A DNA stretch of 64,000 bases, from positions 107,756,001-107,820,000 of the forward strand of contig OX597814.1 of assembly GCA_951406725.2 (NCBI GenBank), written 5' to 3'. Shown here in pieces: positions 1-13,416 of the stretch. The translations under genes were made by a program, and so were the position numbers. This DNA is from Octopus vulgaris (taxonomy: Eukaryota). The notes under the pieces were generated by a model. The model saw only the letters and a list, made by a program, of their open reading frames with translations, did not search any database and was not told the origin of the DNA. The number at the start of each line of letters is the position of its first letter. Within the stretch, counting starts at the first letter, position 1.

Positions 1-1
1 G

Positions 2-1137
2 TATCGTAAGGTTCTAGAAAGATATGGCAGCCCTTTCTCCATCTACATAGAAAACAACTGGAAGAGATATCTAGATGACTGTTTCATCCTTTGGCATAAA
101 AATATAGAAAAACTCATAGAATTCCAGGAAATTTTAAACAGACTGGACGTAAACATCCAATTCACGATGGAATATAGCCAGCAACAACTCCCCTTCCTCG
201 ATATCCTCATTAAGAAAGCTAATAATATAATAGAAACAGACATATATTATAAGCCTACAGACTCTAAGCAATATCTTCCATTCAATTCATGCCACCCCAG
301 ACACACCAGGATGAATATCCCCTTCAACCTAGCAAAAAGGATATGCACTATAGTCTCGAACGCAAACACCAGAGACACACGACTACAAGAACTAAAAGAT
401 ACCCTTATCACCAGGAACTATCCACCTTCACTTATTGACAAGTGCATTCAACGTGCCCTTCAACTTAACATCAAGGAACTGAGACATCCCAAATCAAAGA
501 AAAACTTACAACCAAAAGCCTTACCATACATCTACACACACAACCCTCTCAATAACGAAGCCTTCGGCACCATCCTCCACAACATACCCCTCCTAAAAAA
601 GACCACAGAATGAACACAATCCTCCAAACACACATGATCATAAAAAGCAAGAGACAGCCTAAATCCATGAAAAGTCTCCTAACACAAGCCCGAATTCACT
701 CTTCAACACAGAAGCCGACAGTAAAAAAATGTGGAAGACCCAATTGTGGGATATGCGACTATCTAATTGAGGGATCAGAGTTCTCCTTCAAACAGGGACA
801 ACGGTTTACAGTGAAAAGCAACTTCACATGTGCTTCGGAGAACCTAATATACTCACTAACCTGCTCCGGGTGTCAAGAGCAGTACATAGGCCAAACAAAA
901 AATAGTTTGCTTAAACGAATGGCCCTGCACAGATCCCAGATAAAAATTCCCCAAAACAGAAAAATAGCTTTTAGCCAACACATAGATACTTGCGCCAACA
1001 AAAAAACACCAAGCTTCAGGATTTTCCCCCTCTACCAATTTAGGGACAATACAACCTCGAGACAACGAATAAGTAAAGAAACTCTCTTTATTGCAAAATA
1101 CAGGCCACTTCTTAACGGGTCTACGACAAACAATTAA
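2..1137 (+). pseudogene. PLE reverse transcriptase-GIY-YIG endonuclease ORF with one frameshift at ~595-610
   Basis: ORFs 167..613 and 610..1137 join by a 1-nt shift in the A-run ctaaaaaagaccacagaatg. Confidence 0.88.
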
Positions 1138-1299
1138 TATACCTCAACTTTAGAATAAAAGAAATATTCACACACAAATATTACATTCCAAAGAATCCAT
1201 TACTAATCACAGCTAAAATCACAGCTATAATCCATAACATACCAACTTCAAGTCATACAACACCTCACTACTTTAACCCATTCATATTCTCCCTTCTCT

Positions 1300-1570
1300 G
1301 TTTTTTCTTCTTCTTCCTCTTCTTCTTCATCATCATCATTATCATCATCATCGTCGTCATAATCATCACCACCATCACCATCATCGTCATCTTCTCCTTC
1401 TTCTTCTTCTTCTTCTTCTTCTTCTTCTTCTTCTTCTTCTTCTTCTTCTTCTTCTTCTTCTTCTTCTTCTTCTTCTTCTTCTTCTTCTTCATCATCATCA
1501 TCAACATCATCATCATCTTCTTCTTCTTCTTCTTCTTCTTCTTCTTCTTCTTCTTCTTCTTCTTCTTCTA
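1300..1570. repeat. (TTC)n/(ATC)n microsatellite inside PLE 3' UTR
   Basis: Direct reading. Confidence 0.95.
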
Positions 1571-1925
1571 CTTCTCCACCTCCTACCCCTTAACTTTGTC
1601 ACTAATGTTTTTTAGTATAACACCTATGCAAATTCTATAAACAAGCCTTTCAATATAAATATTCTCCTGAATTGAACTGCGACTGCCAGCCGCCACTGAC
1701 CATTCAAAATACGACCATCAGGGCACTCCCAGATCTTCCCACCCCCTTTCCTCACCAGCCTTCTTCCTCTACTACCCTACCAAGAACTCACAACGACCTC
1801 CAACACACAAGTGCAAACAAGGGAGTCAGAGAAAGGCAGAATGCCACTTAAATCTGAACACTACTATAGAAATATTCCTTTAAAAAAACTTTTCTTCTAA
1901 TTTTTCTAAATTTAATTATTTAATC

Positions 1926-1971
1926 GTTACAGTTGAAAAGGTCTCAAAATGACCGAAACCGGTACTGAAAT
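1926..1971 (+). ncRNA. Minimal type-I hammerhead ribozyme, U3-A8 core variant
   Basis: cag-TTGAAAA-ggtc(tcaaaat)gacc-GAAA-ccgg-TA-ctg: stem I cag/ctg, stem II ggtc/gacc, palindromic stem III accggt, GUA site. Confidence 0.8.
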
Positions 1972-2054
1972 GTTCACTATAAAATTATTTTAGCATTTTC
2001 TATTTTTGACTTGTTTTTTCATATATATCAACTCGTTTGTTCCTTTTCACCCTT

Positions 2055-2167
<113 letters not shown>

Positions 2168-2179
2168 CACACATACATT

Positions 2180-2225
<46 letters not shown>

Positions 2226-2235
2226 CACACATACA

Positions 2236-3375
2236 TGTGATCCTGTCTAACAGAACCCAACATGTTGTAGTCGAAGGAGTCAAATCCAGCCCAGCCAAAG
2301 TCAGCAGTGGTGTCCCACAAGGCACTGTGTTGGGCCTACTTCTCTTCATCATCTACACAAATGATATTACTGACACCATCACCACAGTAACATCAGAACC
2401 TTCGCTGAGGATTCCATGCTCCAGAAGGTCATCAATGGCGTGGATGACCGAATAAACCTTCAGTCAGACCTACTGGCTGTTGTCCAATGGGCGGAAAAGA
2501 ATAACATGTTGCTAAATGAAGACAAATTCGAACTGATCCACTTTGGAAGGGAGGACGCTCTGAAACTCCCATACTCTCTTCCTTCTGGAGAAATTCTCAT
2601 AGCATCCAACAACATCAGAGACCTGGGAGTAACAGTGGACAACAACATAAGCTGGGCTACACATATAAGCAGCAAAGTTGACATGGCCTGCAGAATGTGT
2701 TCCTGGATTCTCAGAACCTTCCAGTCGAGAGATTCCCACGCTATTATCCTTCTCTTCTCCACTTTTGCCCGACCCCACCTTGAATACTGCTGTCCACTGT
2801 GGTCTCCCTATACAAAACAAAATATTATGAGAATTGAAGCTCCCCAAAGGTCAATCACAAAAAAGATAGATGGCATGTCAGACCTTGACTACTGGGGTAG
2901 ACTAGAGAAGCTGAAATTGTATTCACTCCAACGATGCCGTGAACACTACATTATCTGTATGATGTGGAAAATATTCCATCAGCACTGTCCGAATGATGTT
3001 GGCATCACCTTCAAAATGCATCCAAGGCTTGGACCACGTGCCATCCGTCCACAACAAAAATCTAAATCGCATCACATAACGACAATACGGCACAACTATT
3101 TCACCTCAATTGGACCCGCTCTCTTCAACATTACACCAGGACACGTCAAAAAAGAAACTGACCACACAAAATTCAAGAAGTCTTTGGACAAATTCCTTCA
3201 AACAGTCCCGGACAAACCACCCACACCCGGATATGTCTCCGCAAACAATAACTCTCTGCTCGAATGGGCCTTGGTGCCCAAATCCTGAACTGAAAGACTT
3301 CGCCAGGTGGTGCTATTAAGTTAGACATGGCCTGGGCCAATACTGGCCAAAACCTTTCTAAGTTATTCTAAGTTA
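2236..3375 (+). mobile_element. CR1/L2-clade LINE, 5'-truncated (RT C-terminal half + 3' UTR)
   Basis: [20 protein letters not shown], frameshifted FAED (FADD-like), ARPHLEYCCPLWSP; short repeated tail (ttctaagtt)x2. Confidence 0.9.
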
Positions 3376-3387
3376 TATATCTATATA

Positions 3388-3436
<49 letters not shown>

Positions 3437-3568
3437 ATATATATATATATATACACACACACATACATGTATGTATATATACATATTTAGTTGGAATTTA
3501 CAAAAAGACAAAAGATGAAAACAGGTCTATAAACAACAAGCAGGTGTATTAGTTTAACGCCCAGGAAG

Positions 3569-3634
<66 letters not shown>

Positions 3635-3817
3635 TTATATATATATATATTATATATATACATATATTATATATATATATATTATATATATACATATATT
3701 ATATATATATATATATATTATATATATACATATATTATATATATATATATATATTATATATATATACATATATTATATATATATATATGTATGTATGTAT
3801 TGTATATATATATATCT

Positions 3818-4448
3818 CTAAAAGCATATCTCTAAAATTGTCAAGAAGGCCGAGGGTGTCTTGGCATCACTCAGCAAGACTTTTGTTAGCCGCTCTCCAG
3901 CCATCTATTTAAAACTGTATACAGCTATGGTACGACCACACTTGGAATTCGCATCATCAGTTTGGAATCCCTATCTTGCTCAGAACATTGACCTCCTGGA
4001 ATCTGTCCAGAGACGTGCAACCAAACGCATACCCTCCATCAGACACCTACCATATTCTGAGCGCCTTGTTTCCCTGGGCATGGATTCACTGAAGCTCCGG
4101 CGTCTAGCGACGGACTTGGTAAACACCCACAAGGTTATCAACCACCTCACCAACAACAACACTGAACACCTTTTTGATCTCCATGTGTCTAACACACGTG
4201 GACATGCCTACAAAGTCAGAAAACAGCACAGCTCCCATGACTTTCGGAAACATTTTTTCACGCTCAGGGTTGCTGAAGCGTGGAATAAACTGCCTGCATC
4301 AGTTGTTGACTGCCATGACACTGCATCCTTTAAGGCCCTCATGCTTCCCGAAATCCGTCGAAACTACACCTGATTATATATACACTTTAGATGAGTTGTA
4401 GTGCACCTGAGCACTGTACACAATTATTATTATTATTATTATTATTAT
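3818..4448 (+). mobile_element. CR1-clade LINE 3' fragment with (ATT)n tail
   Basis: LYTAMVRPHLEFASSVWNPY, ESVQRRATK, TRGH, FFTLRVAEAWNKLP. Confidence 0.9.
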
Positions 4449-4547
4449 ATAATAATTATTTGAGGGAATATTATTCCTAACTTACAGGGAAAAATTCAAT
4501 TTAGAAATACTAAATCAAATTTCACAAAATATAATATATATATATAA

Positions 4548-4837
4548 AAATTAGAAAAAATACCTTTTATCAATTCAAAATGAACAATTAAATTACACCA
4601 TCTAGAAAATTACATATATAAGAAATATTAAAATTAAAATAACAATAATATACCAAAGATTAAGTAAATTGCAAAAAAATATTAAAAACATATATATTAT
4701 TTTTCTTCTGCAATTTACTTAATCTTTGGTATATTATTGTTATTTTAATTTTAATATTTCTATTATATGTAATTTTCTAGATGGTGTAATTTAATTGTTC
4801 ATTTTGAATTGATAAAAGGTGTTTTTTTTTCTAATTT
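4548..4837. repeat. AT-rich fold-back inverted repeat (~126-bp arms) between (TA)n tracts
   Basis: 4548-4673 is the near-perfect reverse complement of 4709-4837. Confidence 0.9.
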
Positions 4838-4839
4838 AT

Positions 4840-4972
4840 ATATATATACACATGTATAGTGTATATGTAAATACACTATGTATGAGTATATATACATATA
4901 CAAATATGTATATATTCATATACACATGCATGCATATATACATACACATGCACTCACACACACACATGTATG

Positions 4973-5006
<34 letters not shown>

Positions 5007-5428
5007 TGTATGTATGTGTGTGTGTGCATGTATGTGTGTATGTATGTATGTATGTATGTGTGTATGTGTGTATATATGCATGTGTGTATGTATGTATGTG
5101 TATATGTGTGTATGTATGTATATATGTATGTGTGTGTATGTATATGTATGTGTGTATGTGTATATGTGTGTATGTATGTATGTGTATATGTGTGTATGTA
5201 TGTATATATGTGTGTATGTATGTATATGTATATGTGTATGTATGTGTGTATGTATGTGTGTATGTACGTATGTGTGTGTATGTATGTAGGTATGTGTATG
5301 TGTGTATGTATGTGTATATGTGTGTATGTATACATGTGTATATGTGTGTATGTATGTATGTGTATATGTGTGTGTGTATGTATATGTATGTATGTATGTA
5401 TGTATATATGTATGTATGTGTGTATGTA
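4840..5428. repeat. Compound (TATG)n/(TG)n microsatellite
   Basis: Direct reading. Confidence 0.95.
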
Positions 5429-6130
5429 AAAGTTTTACAATGCAGGAAAGCAGACGCTAAGATTCAAATTATCACGAGAACATCGTTGGAAATTGGCAAA
5501 GCAAAACAATATATTTGTGCGCATGGACACACTCATACACGCACACGCATGCACAAACGCACGTGCTTAGAAGCCACACCCACCCACCCTCACACACACC
5601 TATCGTGAACAGAGAGTCGAGTGGGAGACAATGTAATGAAAGAGAAGAGGAATATCACCGTCGATGATGGGTTGGGGGGGGGTAATGTGGAGGAGATGTG
5701 CCATGAGGGAGAGAGAGAGAAGCAGAGAAATGGAGGGAGTTGATGGTAGTGCGGGGGGAGGAGGAGGGGTAGAAGGAGGTATAGTTATATTGTATAACAA
5801 ATTCGAATAAATGACGTCACGAGTAGGCTACGGAGAAGACGGGAAATATTTTATAGATTAAAGACATTAAAGAAAGTGGGAGGTGTTGTTGGAAGGATTA
5901 AGTAAGAGGAAGAGGGAGAGAGAGGGAAGAGATGGGGGAGAGAGAGGGGAGAGATGGGAGAGAGTGGAAGTTGAACGAAGATTATATGAGGATGAAGTGG
6001 AGAGGAAGAAAGAGTAACCGAGAGGGGAGAAATAGGGGGGAAAGAGAGGGAAATGATGGAGAGGAAAAGGGAGAGGAAGTTGGAATTTGTAAAGAAAATA
6101 TTAATGTGTGCATGTGTATATGTGTGTGTG

Positions 6131-6166
<36 letters not shown>

Positions 6167-6190
6167 CTAATATATATATATGTACACACA

Positions 6191-6457
6191 CTAGCATGGG
6201 TTGGATGGTTTGATCGGGGTCTGGGAAACCAGGAGGCTGTGCCAGGCTCCAGTCTGATATGGCAGTGTTTCTACAGCTGGATGCCCTTCCTAACGCCAAC
6301 CACTCCGAGAGTGTAGTGGCATTAGAATGTGCATCCAGCTGTAGAAATCCTGCCAGATCAGACTGGAGCTTGGTGCAGCCTCCTGGTTCCCCAGACCCTG
6401 GTCGAACTGTCCAACCCATGCTACGATGGAAAATGGACATTAAATGATGATGATGAT
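6191..6457. mobile_element. Fold-back (head-to-head) pair of RTE-LINE 3'-UTR fragments
   Basis: 6191-6300 is the reverse complement of ~6320-6423; same family as the 3' end of the RTE at 46275-47203; (GAT)n tail. Confidence 0.85.
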
Positions 6458-6552
6458 AAGGAGGAGGAGGATATATATATATATATATATATATACATAT
6501 GTATATATGTGTTTGTGTGTGCATGTGCATGTATGTAAATGTATATGTATAT

Positions 6553-6710
6553 AGATGCAGGAATGGTAAGGAGTTTGCTTCCGCAACCACATGGTTCTGG
6601 GTTCAGTCCCACTACATGACACCTTGGGCGAGTGTCTTTTACTATAACCTCGGATCGACCAAATCCTTGTGAGTGGATTTTGTAGACGGAAACTCAGAGA
6701 AGCTTGTCGT
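6553..6710 (+). mobile_element. tRNA-derived SINE family A, 5' half
   Basis: tggtaag..ggttcagtccc A/B boxes; matches the copy at 10976. Confidence 0.75.
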
Positions 6711-7469
6711 GTGTGTGTATGTGTGCGTGTGTGAGTGTGCGTGCATTTTGTGTGTAAGTATTTATTGTGCCGTAAGTAGTTTGCTTGCTAACTACATAGT
6801 TCCGAGTGGATACCAGCTCTTGTCTCATTCGAAGATTTCTGCTATCCAGATGTAAAACTATGTCATGAAATTTAATGGTAAATTGTAAAATTAGTAAAGC
6901 TTGTATGTCCTTGGGAGAAATTGCAGACGTTTCGGACAAAATCCTTTTTTGCTGAAAGAGAAAACTTTTCTTCATCTTTGGTCTACGGAACTAGATTTTT
7001 TGCACAATACTTTTTAAGGAACTTTACTTATGAATTTCCCTCTATCTATCACCATCAATCTCTTTTACACCTTCCCCTCTCTCTATATATTTACCAGAAT
7101 TTTTATCACTTTCTCTTTGTATATGTATTGTCTCTCATGCTTGCTGTCCTTCCTCTTGCTCTTCATACGACATAATCGCTTTCAGTTTGTTTAAAACTTC
7201 GTCTTTTAATGGTAACTTTCATTTCATGAAACTCAGCTATCATGCAGAAAATGTTGGCTTCCAAATCCTGTTTTCTGATGAGGTAAACTTTAAACCTCAA
7301 TAATATTCTTCTAAAATCTTTCTGGAATGAATAAGTCACAAAAATGGATTCAGCCTAAAAACGAACATCAATATACTAAATTTTTAAAATTTCACTTATT
7401 TTAAAAAATTCTTAAATCTGTAAGAGCAACAGATTTCTTCCTGTCTCGATTTGTCTGTCCATATAATAA

Positions 7470-7835
7470 TATAAAAATCTCTCCCACTGATAAAAAAAAC
7501 CTAATAAATATAAATATAGGACTAAAGAGAATAACAAAACTCTAAAGGATATAGATAACATTAATCTTTCCCACTCTTACTCAAATAAAAAATTCAAAAG
7601 GAAAAATGTTGTATGGCTAAATATTCCCTTCAACTGCACAATTTCTAGAAACATATATGGCAAATTTATGTCCATAGTAGAAACACACTTCCCTACTTCC
7701 TATAAATATTATAAAATAATTTCTAGTAAATCAGTGAGAATATCATACTCTACTCTTCCAAATATGGCTACCATAGTAGCTAGACTAAATAGAAAAAATA
7801 TTTAGCCAGAAATGTTATAAATAGCAACAACAACA

Positions 7836-7883
<48 letters not shown>

Positions 7884-9715
7884 TTAATATAAACAATAAT
7901 AATAATAATATCAATAATATAAATAATAATAATAAAAATGTGGAAAGTGAGGAAATAGAGAAAAAATTCATAACAAACAACCCTAACTTACATAACAATA
8001 TAATTATAGATAAAGAAAATAATACTAATGCTAATAATAGCTCTAATAATGAAAATGAAAACAGCTTGTTCCTAAATAATACTAATATCAGAAATCATTC
8101 CTCCAGTTGTAATTGTAGAATTAGATCAAGGTGTCCGGTATCTGGTTCAAAACGTAATTTATAAATGTACAGTAATGACTTCAAATAATAGCTATTTTTA
8201 TTTCGGATGTTCGATAGATCTAAAGAAACGCCTGAACAATCATTTCTCTAGTTTTAGACTTAAACTTAAGGCGGGTTGCACAATGCTGTCCAGTAAAATT
8301 TGGGAATTGAAAGGAAAAAATATCGAATTTAACCTAAAATGGGATATAATAAGAAAGGCACAGCCTTATAAAAATAGTAGAGATGGATGTGAACTTTGTT
8401 CTATGGAGACATATGAAATTTTGAAACATAGGAATAATATAAATTTATAGAATAACCGTTCTGAACTAGGAGTATCCTGCATACATTGTGCCACCCGTAT
8501 TTTTTAGTATTTCAAATAATAGTATTCTGACCATTCCTAAATTTTCAAATCTTAATGTTTTATAACCAAATAAGGGAAATAATATACCATACTAGCTTTT
8601 ATTTAATCTGCATAGATTATTAAAAAATTTTATAATATAAATAAATTGAATAAAGTGAAATTTAAAATCTTTTAATACTTTCCTATATAGAATTGCATAA
8701 ATTCCATATATTTAGTGAAATTATTTAGTTCATCTTGATTACCTCCCTTCCATCACATTTTAATATATCTTATAGGCTCTTGATATATTTGCTAATTGAT
8801 AAGGTGTTTTTTTTACAGGTAATAAACATTATGTCTAGCATATTCCTTTAATTTAACTCATTAATAAAAATAAATCACTATTTACTAACTAACTATAAAT
8901 CTGTATTAATAAAAATTGATATATATATATATATATTTATATAAATATGAAATGATTTCTATATTCTCCATCCCTATATGAGATACTAAAATTTATTGGA
9001 ATCCTTTGGAAAAAACTATCTAAAGGATATTTATTTAAATTCACAAGCAGGATTTGGCTGTTAAATGGTTAAGAACATTAGAAATCTCTAGAGCATTAGT
9101 AGTCTCTATTCTCCCTACCCCACTAGCTTCAGCCTACTAACTTTAGCTAAAATACATTAAAATATGCCAAAGTTAAATTCCTCATAATGGGGTTGGATTT
9201 ATAACTTTGACATTTGTACTACCCCTTCCTCTATCTATAGATATAGAAAAAATTCTTGTTTGTCTTCATTGAACCAAATAAGAAACCCCCTTCCCATTGA
9301 TAAATCTAAATAACAAAGTGAACTCAGTGATAAAAAGTCTGCCCATGGGGAAGGACCTTCTACTGCCATGTTCTTAATGATGAAATTAACCTCTCTCTAT
9401 ATATATCTACCCTCTTTGTAATGTTGGCAAATGAAATAAGTATAAAAATGTGCATTGTCTATTTAATTAAAAAAAATTCTATATGTGGCTGAAGATTGCA
9501 CTACATTTTAAAACTGATGTAATAGTTACATTGTTTAATAAAATGAAGTAGCATGAAACGATTGTACTACACTACCTTGGATATCCTTGTTGCTTATTTT
9601 GATTATAATCACCCCATTTGATTTATATGGATAATACCATACCAAATTCTGGTGCCTTTAAATTAAGTACCATATTCATCTGAATCTACATTTTGCTGAA
9701 CTTATAATACCATAC
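7470..9715 (+). mobile_element. Penelope-like element (Hydra-like clade), 5'-truncated and decayed
   Basis: VVWLNIPFN..RISYSTLPNM, Asn-rich linker, CNCRIRSRCP, YFG..LKKRLNNH, CELCSME; homologous to 42808-44463; pLTR with hammerhead, ends at (TA)n. Confidence 0.85.
9484..9571 (+). ncRNA. Type-I hammerhead ribozyme with extended stem II
   Basis: tgtgg-CTGAAGA-ttgc...gcat-GAAA-cgattg-TA-ctaca. Confidence 0.75.
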
Positions 9716-9757
9716 AATATGTATATATGTATATATATATGTATGTATATGTATGTA

Positions 9758-10195
<438 letters not shown>

Positions 10196-10345
10196 TATAT
10201 TAAACTTCAATTATCCGCGCCAACGCACAGTTGCAACACCCTATGGTCATAACTCCAACCGTGTTTTTTCTGCTGTGATTTTTGCTACCCAGGTATCGGT
10301 TAAACTTTTGAATAATCCGTAACGAGATAATTCATCTTTCCATTT

Positions 10346-10382
<37 letters not shown>

Positions 10383-10545
10383 TTAGATGGGTTAGAGGTT
10401 AAAATAACCATCTAAGGGATAGAAGTATCCATTGCATTACTGGTATATTACCTATGTTTAACATGGGTATACATATGCAAACATATTATGCTCATAAATT
10501 ATAGGTAAAGACAAGGATAAACATGGGTTTGTCAAGAATTAAAAT

Positions 10546-10968
10546 TTAAAGAAAACAGAAAATGGAGAAATATTGATGAACAAACAATTGACTTACATCA
10601 AATAGGCTGCATCCCATCTAACAGTTGTTTTTAATTTCAATGTTGTATGGTGTTGCCATTGATATACTAAAATATTTATATTTGGTAATAAACCTGATGT
10701 GAAACATGGAACATCATCAGAGCCAAGAATAAAGAAGTGCATAGAGTAGAAAAAGGGAAAGTTGAACATGGCTGTAATCAATTCATTTTGCTTATGTATC
10801 TCTTTGGGACGTTTTTACTTAAATATATATCAATGTCTATACCATACAACATAGGAAGCAGAAACAGCTGTTAGATGGGATGCAATCTATTTGTATTGAA
10901 TTAATAAATAATAATTGATGTAAGTCAATTGTTGTTCATTGATATTTCTCTATTTTCTGTCTTCTTTA
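10546..10968. repeat. Inverted pair of probable pLTR fragments (10546-10631 / 10861-10968)
   Basis: Arms match apart from one indel; GAAA-cagctg-TT in the arm and a CTGATGA core on the minus strand at ~10704-10710. Confidence 0.7.
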
Positions 10969-10975
10969 TATATAT

Positions 10976-11378
10976 GCGCAGGAGTGGCTGTGTGGTAAGT
11001 GGCTTGCTAACCAACCACATGGTTCCGGGTTCAGTCCCACTGCGTGGCACCTTGGGCAAGAGTCCTATGCTATAGCCCCGGGCCGACCAATGCCTTGTGA
11101 GTGGATTTGGTAGACGGAAACTGAAAGAAGCCTGTCGTATATATGTATATATATATATATATATGTATGTGTTTGTGTGTCTGTGTTTGTCCCCCTAGCA
11201 TTGCTTGACAACCGATGCTGGTGTGTTTACGTCCCCGTCACTTAGCAGTTCGGCAAAAAGAGACCGATAGAATAAGTACTGGGCTTACAAAGAATAAGTC
11301 CCGGGGTCGATTTGCTCGACTAAAAAAGGCGGTGCTCCAGCATGGCCGCAGTCAAATGACTGAAACAAGTAAAAGAGT
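10976..11378 (+). mobile_element. tRNA-derived SINE family A, full length
   Basis: gtggctgtgtggtaag (A box), ggttcagtccc (B box), internal microsatellite, tail aaacaagtaaaagagt; ~20 related copies in the window. Confidence 0.9.
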
Positions 11379-11409
11379 ATATATATATATAATTTAAATC
11401 TATATCTTT

Positions 11410-11498
11410 ATGCAGCTGAGGATTGCTCTGCATTTAAATTGATGTAAATGATTGCATTCTTCAATTAAATGGAGTTGCTTGAAACGATCGTACTGCAT
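11410..11498 (+). ncRNA. Type-I hammerhead ribozyme with extended stem II (solo pLTR fragment)
   Basis: atgcag-CTGAGGA-ttgc...-GAAA-cgatcg-TA-ctgcat; 6-bp stem I, palindromic stem III; homologous to 9484. Confidence 0.85.
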
Positions 11499-11614
11499 TA
11501 CCTCTGGATATCTTTGTTGCTTATTTTGATTTTAATATATATATATATACATACACACACACACACACATGTATATTTGCGCGCGCGCATGCGTTTGTAC
11601 GCATACATATATAT

Positions 11615-12012
11615 AAAGGTTTGGTTATGTGGTAAGAAGCTTGCTTCCCAACCACATGCTTCCAGGTTCAGTCCCACTGCGAGGCATGTTCGACAAATGT
11701 CTTCTGCTATAATGTCGGACCGACTAAAGCCTTGTGAGAGGATTTGGTAGACGGAAACTAAAAGAAGCCTGTCGTAAATATATGTATATCTATATATGTC
11801 TGTGGGCGTGTTTTTTTGTGTGTGTGTTTGTCCCCTACATCACTTGACAACCGGTGTTAGTGTGTTTACATCCCCGTAACTTAAACAAATAGAATAAATA
11901 CGAGGCGAAAAGAAAAGGACTTGGGACGGTTCGACTTAAATTCTTCACGGTAGTGCCCCAGCATGGTCGCTTCTAATGACTGAAAGAAATAAATGTTAAA
12001 AGATAATAAAAG
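11615..12012 (+). mobile_element. SINE family A, diverged copy
   Basis: Similarity to 10976-11378. Confidence 0.75.
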
Positions 12013-12484
12013 ACACATATGGAGAAGATATTATCGTATTTGATGACATACAAGAAACCCCAGAAATATTAGACGAATACCAATTTCATCAATGCCTGCG
12101 TTTAAAAATCATTTTTTTCCTGAATATCAGGAAAAAGTCTTAAACGCATTAAAACACGTAATATTTGCAGTAACTTGGCATATAGGGTCTAGGGTGATCT
12201 TTTTTCATACACTTCTTTGGGTAAAAAAGGTGCCTCCTGTATGCTATCAAATATAGTCCCCATTTAAAGGGATATTGTATTTGATGGCATATTCAGCCTT
12301 GCAGAGATATCAAACTTCAAAATGGAAGACCGCAGACGTTTTAAGTATAAATGCACGATTTACTTGAGTGTTCAACAGGGTGTACGTGTTTTTGTGTATG
12401 ACTGTCTCGCTTTCTCTCTCTCCGTCTCCCTCTGTCTTTGTCTTTCTCTTTCTCTGTCTTTGTCTCTCTTTCTCTTTCTCTGAC

Positions 12485-12762
12485 TCTCTTTCTCTTTCTC
12501 TGTCTCCCTTTCTCTTTCCCTCTCTCTAATGTCCGACGTCTCAGTAGACACACATTAAACGCAGACGATATGAGACAGACGTTCATTGATATGAATGAAC
12601 AAAAATATGATAGATACGTATTGAACGGACGGCCTCTGTCCGTTCAATACGTACGTTCATTCATATCAATGAACGATATCGTCTGCGTTTAATGTGTGTC
12701 TATTGAGACGTCGGACATTAGAGAGAGGGAAAGAGAAAGGGAGACAGAGAAAGAGAAAGAGA
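12485..12762. repeat. Long bulged hairpin (inverted repeat) of non-repeat-family sequence
   Basis: Three nested paired segments; inner stem tacgtattgaacggac/gtccgttcaatacgta with a 7-nt loop. Confidence 0.9.
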
Positions 12763-13354
12763 AGACACTTGCATAAAGAAAATCTGAAAAACAAATAATA
12801 AAGGTTTAAAGTTAAGAAGAGCATGGGGTGCAGTTCGTGGGAAGTTGAACAGTCACAAACTGGAGACGAGAATGCGTTTGGAGATGAATGAATAAGAATG
12901 GCGGACATAATGTGGGACAGTGACCGATGGCGGTTGCAAGAGCGAAAACATCCGATTGTGTCGGGATGGGGGAGGTGTATGTATGTATGTATGTATGTAT
13001 GTATGTATGTATGTATGTATGTATGTATGTATGTATGTATGTATGTATGTATGTATGTATGTACGTACGTATGCATGTTTGTATATATGTTTATCTTTTA
13101 TCTTATGCAGCGGACTGCGACCATACTGGGGCACTGCCTTGATGAATTGTTTAATGTATTTGTGTACGTGTACGTTTGTGTGAGTATATATATATGCGTG
13201 TGTATGTGCGTGCGTGTATATACATACATACATAAATACATACATACACACATGTACATAAATATACATGCATGTATATATACACGTGTATGTCTGTATA
13301 CAGAGAGAGAGAGAGAGAAGCAGAGACATAGATAAATAGATGGATAGATAGATG

Positions 13355-13416
<62 letters not shown>

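Noticed and set aside
600-613. Programmed frameshift or selenocysteine recoding in the PLE ORF
   Set aside because: Better explained by a 1-nt loss in a poly-A run; the downstream domain is in another frame and no SECIS was seen.
5812-5819. CRE palindrome TGACGTCA
   Set aside because: About one 8-mer match is expected by chance in 64 kb, and there is no promoter context.
7274-7302. CTGATGAG-gt..acc hammerhead-like start
   Set aside because: No GAAA or cleavage triplet after the stem.
6800-7465. Decayed minus-strand coding-like sequence, possibly a LINE ORF1
   Set aside because: Many stops and frameshifts and no motif I can name; it needs a translated search.
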